A DNA stretch of 64,000 nucleotides from an uncultured bacterium. GTDB taxonomy: Bacteria; Babelota; Babeliae; Babelales; Vermiphilaceae. Made by a program: the position numbers and the translations under genes. Below, piece after piece: positions 17,552 through 27,820 of the stretch; position 1 is the first letter of the stretch, and every line of letters starts with the position of its first letter. The DNA lies in the NCBI GenBank assembly GCA_963707655.1, contig OY970172.1, positions 992,001 through 1,056,000 of the forward strand. The letters run 5' to 3'. The notes beneath the pieces were generated by a model, which worked only from the letters and a program-made list of their open reading frames with translations, ran no database searches and was not told the origin of the DNA.

Positions 17552-19483
17552 ATGAAGATTATTATTTTGATCGGCATTCTACTACAATCAGCAGCTATCC
17601 AAGCCGTGTATCCCACTAGAGAGTTAACAACAAACTGGGATATCTCAACGCGAAGTCGCGGCATATCACAAAATAGTCTTGATCACATGAACCGTCCTCA
17701 ATATGTAAAGGGCATTGCCTGCCTTGACCAGTGTCATGCGAAGCGCGACTCTGCGCGACCATCTTCTATACTTTTCACTAATCCAAAACAATGTGCTTAT
17801 TGGACATCATCTGATTATTATGCCGCTCTAGCCCATGACTATGGCATACCAATTACCATTGAAAACGCAGGGAGCATAGCAGAAGAGTTGCGTTATTACC
17901 ATTGCCCTCATGATCAAAGAAATTTTTTGTATATCCCCGAATACGTCATTACCAATATTATGCATCAAGAGAAGCTGTACGCTCATAAAAATTTCATCGA
18001 TTTTATAAAAAAATTTGATTGGTATGAGGATGAGTTATTGGCTCTGCATGATAAAGTTATGCACAGACACGATTCTTGGAAGTCATTTTTTAAAAAGAAG
18101 TTTTCAGATCAGGTGATAGCTGCACTAGTATCTGAGCGCAATCGAATTGTTAACGCAAGAAGAGACAAAAGAAAGCGCGAAGTTGAAGCCACCGTCATAA
18201 AAAATAATTTTCAAAGCGAGTTACCTGGCATCCAAGGGATGGTCAATGAGCAACAAGAGTTGCATGAGATTGCCAATACATATAACTTGCATAACAAAAA
18301 TCATTATGAAACTCGTCTGGCCGCGCTTGAAGATGTTTTGAACAGCAGAAGCTGCACGCAGCAATCGTACAGCTTCAACAATGATGCATTGACCTTGCTT
18401 TCACAAGTAGGGTGCAGTGCTGAACAGTATAAAACCAATTGCGGCAATCAACTGCAGCAGGTTATTCACCGTGAATGCATCGATATTGTCTCACAGGCAG
18501 CGCAACTTTCTGTGCATTCTCCCCTCTATGATTATAAAAATTCATTAGTTAATTTTACCGATTCGGCTCGTTCATATAATCAGGAAGGCTCGTCTGGCAG
18601 AGCGATGCAAATCAATGATTTTTGCTATGCATTACTCGATTATGGCTCGGCCATTGTTGAGGGCATTGCCTGTGGTGTCATTGGCGCAGCCAAAGATATG
18701 ATTAACCATCCAGTTCAGACAGCGCTGTGCGTAGTGGCCGGTGAATATGTGTTGGCCTATCAATTGCTTAAAGTCACCACTAACCTTGCCTCCATCGGAA
18801 TATCCTATGCCTTTGATAAAGAAGCCGGCGCGCAACAATGGCATGATTACATTGAGCCAATAACGAGCGTGATCAGCGCCATTACCAACAAAGAAATAAC
18901 CCTGCGTGACGGGATTAAAGGAGCAGTCGCTCTTGGCACCGGTATGTATGCGCAAGGCAAGATGCTTAAAGGACTGAACTCTTTTTACAATACAACAAAA
19001 ACAAAAGCTCTTGAATTCGTTAAAAATAATCCTTTGGCAACTCCTGCCGAATACATGACTACTTCTGACGGGGTATTGTTTAAAGCAACACAAGAGTCTT
19101 TATGCAATAAGTCTCAAAAGAACATCGAAAGTCATTTTAAGCAAGAAGTAGGTCAAACACAGACGTCGCTAGGTAGGCCTGCTTATTCTCTTCCTGCCAA
19201 GGTTGAACAAGCAATAGCATATGCCACAAATGATACAAAATTAAAACATTTTTTTGTTAACGAAATGCACGGATTTGAGCCATTGCTTGAGAAAATGAAT
19301 GGTGATCAAAAAAAACTTATCAGAGAAATCGTAAATGCCTTAACCAGAAACGCAATATTACCTACAGCTGGAGAATTCAAAAATATTCCGGTCAGCCTTG
19401 ATGGACAAGTTATACATGTTAGAGGTTTTGTGCATAATGACATTATTAAAATTGGTACTATGTTCATTCCAGAAGGAAAATAA
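17552..19483 (+). CDS. Secreted polymorphic toxin 2
   Basis: Signal peptide, conserved core, distinct tip (KHFF..MHG..VHVRGFVHNDIIKIGTMFIP-type). Confidence 0.8.
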   Translation: MKIIILIGILLQSAAIQAVYPTRELTTNWDISTRSRGISQNSLDHMNRPQYVKGIACLDQCHAKRDSARPSSILFTNPKQCAYWTSSDYYAALAHDYGIPITIENAGSIAEELRYYHCPHDQRNFLYIPEYVITNIMHQEKLYAHKNFIDFIKKFDWYEDELLALHDKVMHRHDSWKSFFKKKFSDQVIAALVSERNRIVNARRDKRKREVEATVIKNNFQSELPGIQGMVNEQQELHEIANTYNLHNKNHYETRLAALEDVLNSRSCTQQSYSFNNDALTLLSQVGCSAEQYKTNCGNQLQQVIHRECIDIVSQAAQLSVHSPLYDYKNSLVNFTDSARSYNQEGSSGRAMQINDFCYALLDYGSAIVEGIACGVIGAAKDMINHPVQTALCVVAGEYVLAYQLLKVTTNLASIGISYAFDKEAGAQQWHDYIEPITSVISAITNKEITLRDGIKGAVALGTGMYAQGKMLKGLNSFYNTTKTKALEFVKNNPLATPAEYMTTSDGVLFKATQESLCNKSQKNIESHFKQEVGQTQTSLGRPAYSLPAKVEQAIAYATNDTKLKHFFVNEMHGFEPLLEKMNGDQKKLIREIVNALTRNAILPTAGEFKNIPVSLDGQVIHVRGFVHNDIIKIGTMFIPEGK

Positions 19484-19485
19484 AT

Positions 19486-20040
19486 ATGCATTGGAAACAG
19501 AAGCTTGGAACGCTGGAGAAACAGAAAAAATGGGATGCTGCCATAGAATTAATGATCCATGTTATTGATGAGAATTCTGGGTCTATAGATCCGTATATTT
19601 ATATGAATTATTTACTTATGAATCTTTTGGTAGAAGAAGATTATGACAATGATAAATATAGCTATTACAAATTATTAATAAAAAAATATTTTGACGAATC
19701 TTATGCTAAATTTTCTGATAATGCTGAGTATCTTTTTTTCACTGCTTCCACCGCTCTAATGTCTGAGTGGCATTTTGATATTGATGTAAAAGATTATGAT
19801 GCAATGTTTAAAAAAGCTCTAGTCTTAGAACCCGATAATCTTCTTTATCAAGACTATTATTACACTATGCTAGATAAAACTATCCCAAGCAATAAAAAGG
19901 CCGCAGTAGAATATGCAAAAAAAATACTGGAACCAAAGTCTTCTATTCAAATAATATTGAATTCCAAAGGCGCTATAGGAGAACGCCTTTTGGGATTAAT
20001 GACAAATTGGAGCTTAAGGATTCTTGGCATGAAGCCTTGA
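19486..20040 (+). CDS. Putative immunity protein 2 (helical/TPR-like)
   Basis: 2 nt after the toxin stop; paralog of 24795..25355. Confidence 0.72.
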   Translation: MHWKQKLGTLEKQKKWDAAIELMIHVIDENSGSIDPYIYMNYLLMNLLVEEDYDNDKYSYYKLLIKKYFDESYAKFSDNAEYLFFTASTALMSEWHFDIDVKDYDAMFKKALVLEPDNLLYQDYYYTMLDKTIPSNKKAAVEYAKKILEPKSSIQIILNSKGAIGERLLGLMTNWSLRILGMKP

Positions 20041-20102
20041 GGCTCTTCCAAGCACACCTTAACAAAGTATATAGGGATAAAATATCCTTGATGGCTTTTT
20101 TG

Positions 20103-20404
20103 CTAATGACCAATATCACCCAAAGACCATATTGCCAAAACTAACGAATTGTCCACAGAGAAGTTGCTGAAATAGACCGATAGGGCACACCACTCTTCGT
20201 TTATTCCGCCGTCGCCAAGGCTATGGCGGACAGGCTGGGGGCAAGATAGAGCTCGGCGAAAGCCTGAAGAAGCTCGTGAGAGCGAAGACAGGCAAGCTTC
20301 GTCTGGCTGCCGCCAGCAACTTTTTTACCCATTCTTTGCATCTTCATAAATCCTTGGTATATCTACTAAGACTTTTTCCAGGAATCTAACTTTCAGGGAG
20401 AACT
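20103..20404. repeat. Junction repeat 3 (core 20183-20192)
   Basis: AAGTTGCTGAAATAGACCGATAGGGCACACCA plus leader. Confidence 0.92.
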
Positions 20405-22303
20405 ATGAAGATTATTATTTTGATCGGCATTCTACTACAATCAGCAGCTATCCAAGCCGTGTATCCCACTAGAGAGTTAACAACAAACTGGGATATCTCA
20501 ACGCGAAGTCGCGGCATATCACAAAATAGTCTTGATCACATGAACCGTCCTTAATATGTAAAGGGCATTGCCTGCCTTGACCAGTGTCATGCGAAGCGCG
20601 ACTCTGCGCGACCATCTTCTATACTTTTCACTAATCCAAAACAATGTGCTTATTGGACATCATCTGATTATTATGCCGCTCTAGCCCATGACTATGGCAT
20701 ACCAATTACCATTGAAAACGCAGGGAGCATAGCAGAAGAGTTGCGTTATTACCATTGCCCTCATGATCAAAGAAATTTTTTGTATATCCCCGAATACGTC
20801 ATTACCAATATTATGCATCAAGAGAAGCTGTACGCTCATAAAAATTTCATCGATTTTATAAAAAAATTTGATTGGTATGAGGATGAGTTATTGGCTCTGC
20901 ATGATAAAGTTATGCACAGACACGATTCTTGGAAGTCATTTTTTAAAAAGAAGTTTTCAGATCAGGTGATAGCTGCACTAGTATCTGAGCGCAATCGAAT
21001 TGTTAACGCAAGAAGAGACAAAAGAAAGCGCGAAGTTGAAGCCACCGTCATAAAAAATAATTTTCAAAGCGAGTTACTTGGCATCCAAGGGATGGTCAAT
21101 GAGCAACAAGAGTTGCATGAGATTGCCAATACATATAACTTGCATAACAAAAATCATTATGAAACTCGTCTGGCCGCGCTTGAAGATGTTTTGAACAGCA
21201 GAAGCTGCACGCAGCAATCGTACAGCTTCAACAATGATGCATTGACCTTGCTTTCACAAGTAGGGTGCAGTGCTGAACAGTATAAAACTAATTATGGTAA
21301 TCAATTGCAGCAAGTCATTCACCGTGAATGCATCGATATTGTCTCACAGGCAGCGCAACTTTCTGTGCATTCTCCCCTCTATGATTATAAAAATTCATTA
21401 GTTAATTTTACCGATTCGGCTCGTTCATATAATCAGGAAGGCTCGTCTGGCAGAGCGATGCAAATCAATGATTTTTGCTATGCATTACTCGATTATGGCT
21501 CGGCCATTGTTGAGGGCATTGCCTGTGGTGTCATTGGCGCAGCCAAAGATATGATTAACCATCCAGTTCAGACAGCGCTGTGCGTAGTGGCCGGTGAATA
21601 TGTGTTGGCCTATCAATTGCTTAAAGTCACGACTAACCTTGCCTCCATCGGAATATCCTATGCCTTTGATAAAGAAGCTGGCGAGCAGCAATGGCATGAA
21701 TATATTGAGCCGATAACGAGCGTGATCAGCGCTATCAAAAACAAAGAGCTGACTCTGCGAGATGGCATTAAAGGAGCCGTCACCCTTGGCACCGGTATGT
21801 ATGCGCAAGGCAAGATGCTTAAAGGTCTGAATTCTTTTTACAACACGACAAAAGCAAAAGCTCTTGAATTCGCTAAAAATAATCCGTTGGTCACTCCTTT
21901 TGAGTATATGACCACTCAAGAGGGAGTGTTGTTTAAGGTTACCGATAAAACAAGTAAAACTGGTCCTTGGCAACAAAATGATATCGAATGGATTCCTTAT
22001 GGCCACAAGCACATTGCTAGTAAAAAAATGAGTTGGAAAGATATTCTTCAATTCACAAAAAATGGCCCTGCCAAATATAAACCAGAAATTAATGTTGAAC
22101 TCTTAGAAACAATGGCATGGCAAAAGGGAACAATGATTCCTGGTAAGAACTGGAAAATTTATCAATGTGAAGACATAATTGGTGCAAACAATGGCATTGA
22201 AACTAACTTTATGATAGTAAAAAATAGTATGGCTACAATTCATGGACATCCAATAACCCCGCAAGAATTTAAACAATACATGAATATGATAGGAAAATTA
22301 TGA
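20405..22303 (+). pseudogene. Polymorphic toxin 3 with nonsense codon at codon 50
   Basis: ATG at 20405 as in toxin 2; CAA>TAA at 20552-20554; frame continues as ORF 20741..22303 with a distinct tip ending IHGHPIT. Confidence 0.8.
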
Positions 22304-22614
22304 AACTTAATATAAACCTGAATAATGGGATTATTGTCTATGATGAATTTAATATTGATCCCAATCTCCCGCTAAAAGATCAAATTATGGAATTGCAAGA
22401 AGATCTTCTACAAATACAATATGATAATAATGTAGTTATTGACGTTGGATGGTATCCTGAACTTGATCCATCCGGAAGCTTTATTATTAATATAATAAAA
22501 GATTCTGATTGGTCTCATCCTATATATAAAAAAACAGTTAAATTAAAAAATATTGTTGCTGAACTACAAAAAGCAATTGATTTGGCTCTCACATTAAATG
22601 GTCGATCTATCTAA
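22300..22614 (+). CDS. Putative immunity protein 3
   Basis: ATGA overlap with the toxin stop; EDLLQIQY..IDVGWYP motif; acidic, 104 aa. Confidence 0.72.
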   Translation: MKLNINLNNGIIVYDEFNIDPNLPLKDQIMELQEDLLQIQYDNNVVIDVGWYPELDPSGSFIINIIKDSDWSHPIYKKTVKLKNIVAELQKAIDLALTLNGRSI

Positions 22615-22864
22615 ACACAATTTCTTGACCTGATTGAGAACATCAGCTTCAAAAGAAAAGTTGCTGAAATAGACCGATAGGGCACACCAGCCTTCGCTTA
22701 TTCCGTTGTCGCCAAGGCTATGGCTGACATGGCCGGGCAAGAGAAGACTCGGCAAGCTTCGTCTGGCTGCCGCCAGCAACTTTTTTACCCATTCTTTGCA
22801 TCTTCATAAATCCTTGGTATATCTACTAAGACTTTTTCCAGGAATCTAACTTTCAGGGAGAACT
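22594..22864. repeat. Junction repeat 4 (core 22680-22689, shorter leader)
   Basis: AAAAGTTGCTGAAATAGACCGATAGGGCACACCA plus leader lacking an internal segment present in junctions 1-3. Confidence 0.92.
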
Positions 22865-24788
22865 ATGAAGATTATTATTTTGATCGGCATTCTACTACAA
22901 TCAGCAGCTATCCCAAGCCGTGTATCCCACTAGAGAGTTAACAACAAACTGGGATATCTCAACGCGAAATCGCGGCATATCACAAAATAGTCTTGATCAC
23001 ATGAACCGTCCTCAATATGTAAAGGGCATTGCCTGCCTTGACCAGTGTCATGCGAAGCGCGACTCTGCGCGACCATCTTCTATACTTTTCACTAATCCAA
23101 AACAATGTGCTTATTGGACATCATCTGATTATTATGCCGCTCTAGCCCATGACTATGGCATACCAATTACCATTGAAAACGCAGGGAGCATAGCAGAAGA
23201 GTTGCGTTATTACCATTGCCCTCATGATCAAAGAAATTTTTTGTATATCCCCGAATACGTCATTACCAATATTATGCATCAAGAGAAGCTGTACGCTCAT
23301 AAAAATTTCATCGATTTTATAAAAAAATTTGATTGGTATGAGGATGAGTTATTGGCTCTGCATGATAAAGTTATGCACAGACACGATTCTTGGAAGTCAT
23401 TTTTTAAAAAGAAGTTTTCAGATCAGGTGATAGCTGCACTAGTATCTGAGCGCAATCGAATTGTTAACGCAAGAAGAGACAAAAGAAAGCGCGAAGTTGA
23501 AGCCACCGTCATAAAAAATAATTTTCAAAGCGAGTTACCTGGCATCCAAGGGATGGTCAATGAGCAACAAGAGTTGCATGAGATTGCCAATACATATAAC
23601 TTGCATAACAAAAATCATTATGAAACTCGTCTGGCCGCGCTTGAAGATGTTTTGAACAGCAGAAGCTACACGCAGCAATCGTACAGCTTCAACAATGATG
23701 CATTGACCTTGCTTTCACAAGTAGGGTGCAGTGCTGAACAGTATAAAACTAATTATGGTAATCAATTGCAGCAAGTCATTCACCGTGAATGCATCGATAT
23801 TGTCTCACAGGCAGCGCAACTTTCTGTGCATTCTCCCCTCTATGATTATAAAAATTCATTAGTTAATTTCACCGATTCGGCGCGTTCATATAATCAAGAA
23901 GGCCTGTCTGGCAGAGCGATACAAATCAATGACTTTTGCTACGCATTACTCGATTATGGCTCAGCCATTGTTGAGGGCATTGCCTGTGGTGTCATTGGCG
24001 CAGCCAAAGATATGCTTAACCATCCAGTTCAAACAGCGCTGTGCGTAGTGGCCGGTGAATATGTGTTGGCCTATCAATTGCTTAAAGTCACCACCAACCT
24101 TGTATCTATTGGCATAAGCTATGCTTTTGATAAAGAAGCTGGGGCGCAACAGTGGCATGAATATATTGAACCAATCACCAATGTTATAAGCGCCATTACC
24201 AACAAAAAATTGTCCCTGCGTGACGGCTTTAAAGGAGCCGCCGCCCTTGGCACCGGTATGTATGCGCAAGGCAAGATGCTTAAACGACTGAACTCTTTTT
24301 ACAATACAACAAAAACAAAAGCTCTTGAATTCGTTAAAAATAATCCTTTGGCAACTCCTGCCGAATACATGACTACTTCTGACGGGGTATTGTTTAAAGC
24401 AACACAAGAGTCTTTATGCAATAAGTCTCAAAAAGACATCGAAAGTTATTTTAAACAAGAAGTACCGCAAGGCCAGTCAAACTTGCCTACTTATTCTCTT
24501 CCATCTAAGATTGAACAAGCCGTAAAATATGCTACAACCAATGAAAAACTTGAATATTTTTTTAAAAAAGAAATGCATGGGCTTGAGCCATTGCTAAAAA
24601 CAATGGATAACAACAAAGAAAAAGTTGTTCGTGAAGTTATCGGGTTGTTGTCAATTAACAATGATATGCCTAGATTTGGTAAGTTTGATGGAATACCTAT
24701 AAATATAAATGGATATATTGTTCATGCACGGGGATTTGTTCATGATGATGTTATTAAACTTGGCACTATCTTTATTCCGCAAGGGTAA
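22865..24788 (+). pseudogene. Polymorphic toxin 4 with +1 frameshift in the signal-peptide region
   Basis: GCTATCCCAAGCC (22912-22914 CCC) versus GCTATCCAAGCC in toxins 2 and 3; remainder is ORF 22920..24788; tip paralogous to toxin 2. Confidence 0.75.
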
Positions 24789-24794
24789 ATAACT

Positions 24795-25355
24795 ATGTCT
24801 TGGAAAGAGAAGCTTAGAACATTAGAGCGACAAAAAGAATGGGACGCTGCTATAGAACTAATGATCCATACCATTAATCACAACCCAGATGACATGGATG
24901 CATATATATATATGAATTATTTACTCATGAATCTTTTGGTAGAGGAAGATCATACTAGCATTGATGAAAACAAGTTTGCTTATTATGAAACGCTGACCAA
25001 GCATTACTTCGATGAGTCTTATGCTAAATTTTCAAATAATGCAGAATATCTTTTCTTCACTGCAACAACAGCTGTCATGTCTGAGTGGTTTTTTGGCATT
25101 GATGTGCCGGACTATGAAGCTATGTTTCAAAAAGCTATGCTTCTCGAGCCCAACAACCTCCTTTATCAAAGAATTTACTATATGGATCTTGATAAAACTA
25201 TCCCTGGTAATAAAAAGGCTGCAATGGAATATGCTAAAAAAATTTTAGATAAAGATTCTCCTATTCAAAAAACATTGAAGTCTAAAGGCGCTGTTGGCGC
25301 GTATTTGCTAGAATTGATGACAAATTCAAGTTTGGAGATGCTCGGCATGAAATAA
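24795..25355 (+). CDS. Putative immunity protein 4
   Basis: Follows toxin 4; paralog of 19486..20040. Confidence 0.72.
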   Translation: MSWKEKLRTLERQKEWDAAIELMIHTINHNPDDMDAYIYMNYLLMNLLVEEDHTSIDENKFAYYETLTKHYFDESYAKFSNNAEYLFFTATTAVMSEWFFGIDVPDYEAMFQKAMLLEPNNLLYQRIYYMDLDKTIPGNKKAAMEYAKKILDKDSPIQKTLKSKGAVGAYLLELMTNSSLEMLGMK

Positions 25356-25470
25356 CTAATAACTTGTAGCAAAAAGTATCTGCTGATCCTGATTCATGCT
25401 AATCTGGTCAAGTAAAAAGTTGCTGAAATAATCCGATAGGGTACACCAGCTTTCGCTAAAGCTTCAGCTG
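25356..25470. repeat. Junction repeat 5 (core variant GGGTACACCA 25439-25448)
   Basis: AAAAAGTTGCTGAAATAATCCGATAGGGTACACCAGCTTTCGCT. Confidence 0.85.
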
Positions 25471-25682
25471 GCAGACAGGTCGTCTGTACCATTGTAGAAA
25501 AACTTTAATAGTAAATAGCGAAGACGGTCCGAAGAAGCCGCGGGTATAGACGGACTTTTTCCAAAAAAGTAAATCTCTAGCAATTTTTGTCCGTAACTTA
25601 TTAGTCTTACATTGATCAGCAAGGTCACAAAACATCGGCATAATGAACCCTCACATTGTACTTGGATGAGGCATTGTGATCG

Positions 25683-26189
25683 ATGAAAAACTGGCAACAA
25701 CACTCTATACTTGAGGTCTTATGTATGTTGATACGCATTAATGCTTTTACCCAAAACCATAGTAATACAATACCTAAAAAATATACCTGTGATGGTGAAG
25801 GAATTTCCCCCGAAATTAGTTGGGATGAAGTACCAGAAAAAACAGAAAGCTTTGCGCTTATTATGGAAGGTCTTGATGTTCCCAATAGAAGCAATGCTTT
25901 GGTGTTATGGGTTATCTACAATATTCCTGGCGCTCTACGAACCATTGCCTCAAACTCTATTCCCGAACAAGCTAAAGTTGGCATTAATGATTTGGGGAAA
26001 AAGCGATATAGCGCCCCATGCCCAAAACCGGGACCGCATCCTCAAAAATATCAAATTACCTTATATGCTCTCGATACAACATTGATATTCTTGCCCGATG
26101 AGACAACAAAGGAAGATTTAGTGAAAGCCATGAAAAAGCATGTTTTGGCAACAGCAGAAAATATTGGTTTTTGTGAAAGACATGGATAA
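25683..26189 (+). CDS. YbhB/YbcL (PEBP/Raf kinase inhibitor-like) protein
   Basis: IPKKYTCDGEGISP, FALIM.GLD.P, WVIYNIP, APCP, YALD; start uncertain. Confidence 0.88.
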   Translation: MKNWQQHSILEVLCMLIRINAFTQNHSNTIPKKYTCDGEGISPEISWDEVPEKTESFALIMEGLDVPNRSNALVLWVIYNIPGALRTIASNSIPEQAKVGINDLGKKRYSAPCPKPGPHPQKYQITLYALDTTLIFLPDETTKEDLVKAMKKHVLATAENIGFCERHG

Positions 26190-26226
26190 ATTGCATCTAA
26201 GTTGAGAGTGCTAAGAAGGCTGTTGT

Positions 26227-26784
26227 TTACCTATTGGTATCCACTGAGTACCCAAAAGCTCTTAATATATCTTTGGTCTGAGTTTCTGGTGTAACATTAT
26301 CAATAATGTATACGATAATTCCTTGCTCATTAATCAAAAAAGATTTGCGCAACGCATAGAGGTTGCCCATTGCATGTTGATCAGTGCCATACATATGCGC
26401 GACTTCATGCTTCATATCTGATAATAAGATGAATGGGAGTCTTTCTTGTTCTTTAAATTTTTTGTGTGATTCAGGAGAATCATAGCTGACCCCAATGACT
26501 ACGATGTCATGTTGCTTGAACTGATCAAAAGAATTGCGCAACTCGCATGCCTCTTTCGTACAGCCCGGCGTTCCATCTTTTGGATAAAAATAGAGAACTA
26601 TTTTTCTGCCCTTGAATGAGGCAAGTGAGCGTGAAGCTCCTGTTTCATCAGGTAGGGTGAATAAAGGAGCCGCATCACCAACTTTAACTTTTTCAGCCGG
26701 TGTACGTTTGTATTTCCCCAACATAAAAATACAGGCTATTGCAATCAAGCCCAAGATAATGAGCGACATTAAAAGAGTATTCAT
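26227..26784 (-). CDS. bcp: Peroxiredoxin BCP/PrxQ with N-terminal anchor
   Basis: LYFYPKDGTPGCTKEAC motif. Confidence 0.92.
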   Translation of the reverse strand: MNTLLMSLIILGLIAIACIFMLGKYKRTPAEKVKVGDAAPLFTLPDETGASRSLASFKGRKIVLYFYPKDGTPGCTKEACELRNSFDQFKQHDIVVIGVSYDSPESHKKFKEQERLPFILLSDMKHEVAHMYGTDQHAMGNLYALRKSFLINEQGIIVYIIDNVTPETQTKDILRAFGYSVDTNR

Positions 26785-27104
26785 ACTATTTTCCTCTGCA
26801 TCAGCTCAGCTATTTTTCAATATTTTCTTTAACTCATCTTACCAATGGTTTCTGTTTTTAAAAATGGTTCTCAAAGCAACTTTAATGGAAAGTTATAATT
26901 AAAATCAACAACATTCATAAGTATTTCATGGTTCGCAGGAACAATCATGAGAATCCGCAGAAATGATCACATATCTCTAGCAAGTAGTATTCGCCTGATG
27001 TCGAATAAATTAATATTTTTCTGTACAGAAGTTGGGTGAAATAAGCCGACAAATGCATAATAATCTGCGCAGAAATATCGAGTGACTTTTTTTGATTTCT
27101 GTGT

Positions 27105-27130
27105 GGGAACTATGAAGATTATTATCCTGA
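27105..27130 (+). pseudogene. Relic of a toxin gene start
   Basis: GGGAACTATGAAGATTATTATCCTGA versus GGGAGAACTATGAAGATTATTATTTTGA at toxin starts (MKIIIL), followed by an early stop. Confidence 0.55.
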
Positions 27131-27252
27131 ATTGAAGATTCTCTATATTGGCTTTTAAATGGCTGACAATTTTAGTGCGTTCATGGAAACTCTTTATTTT
27201 TCACTTCAAAAATATGTATAAGATATAAAATAATATTTATAGAGGAGTTTAC

Positions 27253-27807
27253 ATGAAAAAACAATTAGAAGGACTCAAAGTCGCGATCCTTTGCGATACC
27301 GGTTTTGAACAAAATGAAATGACAGAACCTAGAAAAGCATTAGATCAAGCCGGTGCTGAAACAGTGCTTGTTTCTCCTGTATATGGGAAAATAAGAGGCT
27401 GGATTGATGACCAATGGAGAGATGAATTTCCTGTCGACCTTGATTTGAATAATGCAAATCCAGATGATTATGATGCTCTACATCTTCCGGGTGGGGTAAT
27501 CAATCCTGATAAACTACGCAGATTTGAATCGGCAATTGCTTTTATTAAAGCATTTGTTGACGCTAAAAAACCAATCGCAGCCATTTGCCACGGGCCTTGG
27601 ACCCTCATTAATGCACATGGCGTGAAAGGAAAAACCCTCACTTCATGGCCCTCGATTAAAATCGATCTCGTCAATGCCGGTGCAAACTGGGTCGATAAGC
27701 CAGTGGTTAGAGATGGTCTTTTGGTAACGAGCAGATGGCCCGCAGATATAGCTGCATATAACCCCGTGATGATAGAAATGTTCGCGGAAGTACTAAAGAA
27801 AAAATAA
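27253..27807 (+). CDS. PfpI/DJ-1 family (YhbO-like) protein
   Basis: GFEQNEMTEP, LPGGVINPDKLR, AAICHGPW, VTSR. Confidence 0.93.
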   Translation: MKKQLEGLKVAILCDTGFEQNEMTEPRKALDQAGAETVLVSPVYGKIRGWIDDQWRDEFPVDLDLNNANPDDYDALHLPGGVINPDKLRRFESAIAFIKAFVDAKKPIAAICHGPWTLINAHGVKGKTLTSWPSIKIDLVNAGANWVDKPVVRDGLLVTSRWPADIAAYNPVMIEMFAEVLKKK

Positions 27808-27820
27808 GAAAGATCATCAC

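Noticed and set aside
14365..25448. Additional tRNA genes at the junctions
   Set aside because: Only the last 10-12 nt match; no D, anticodon or T arms
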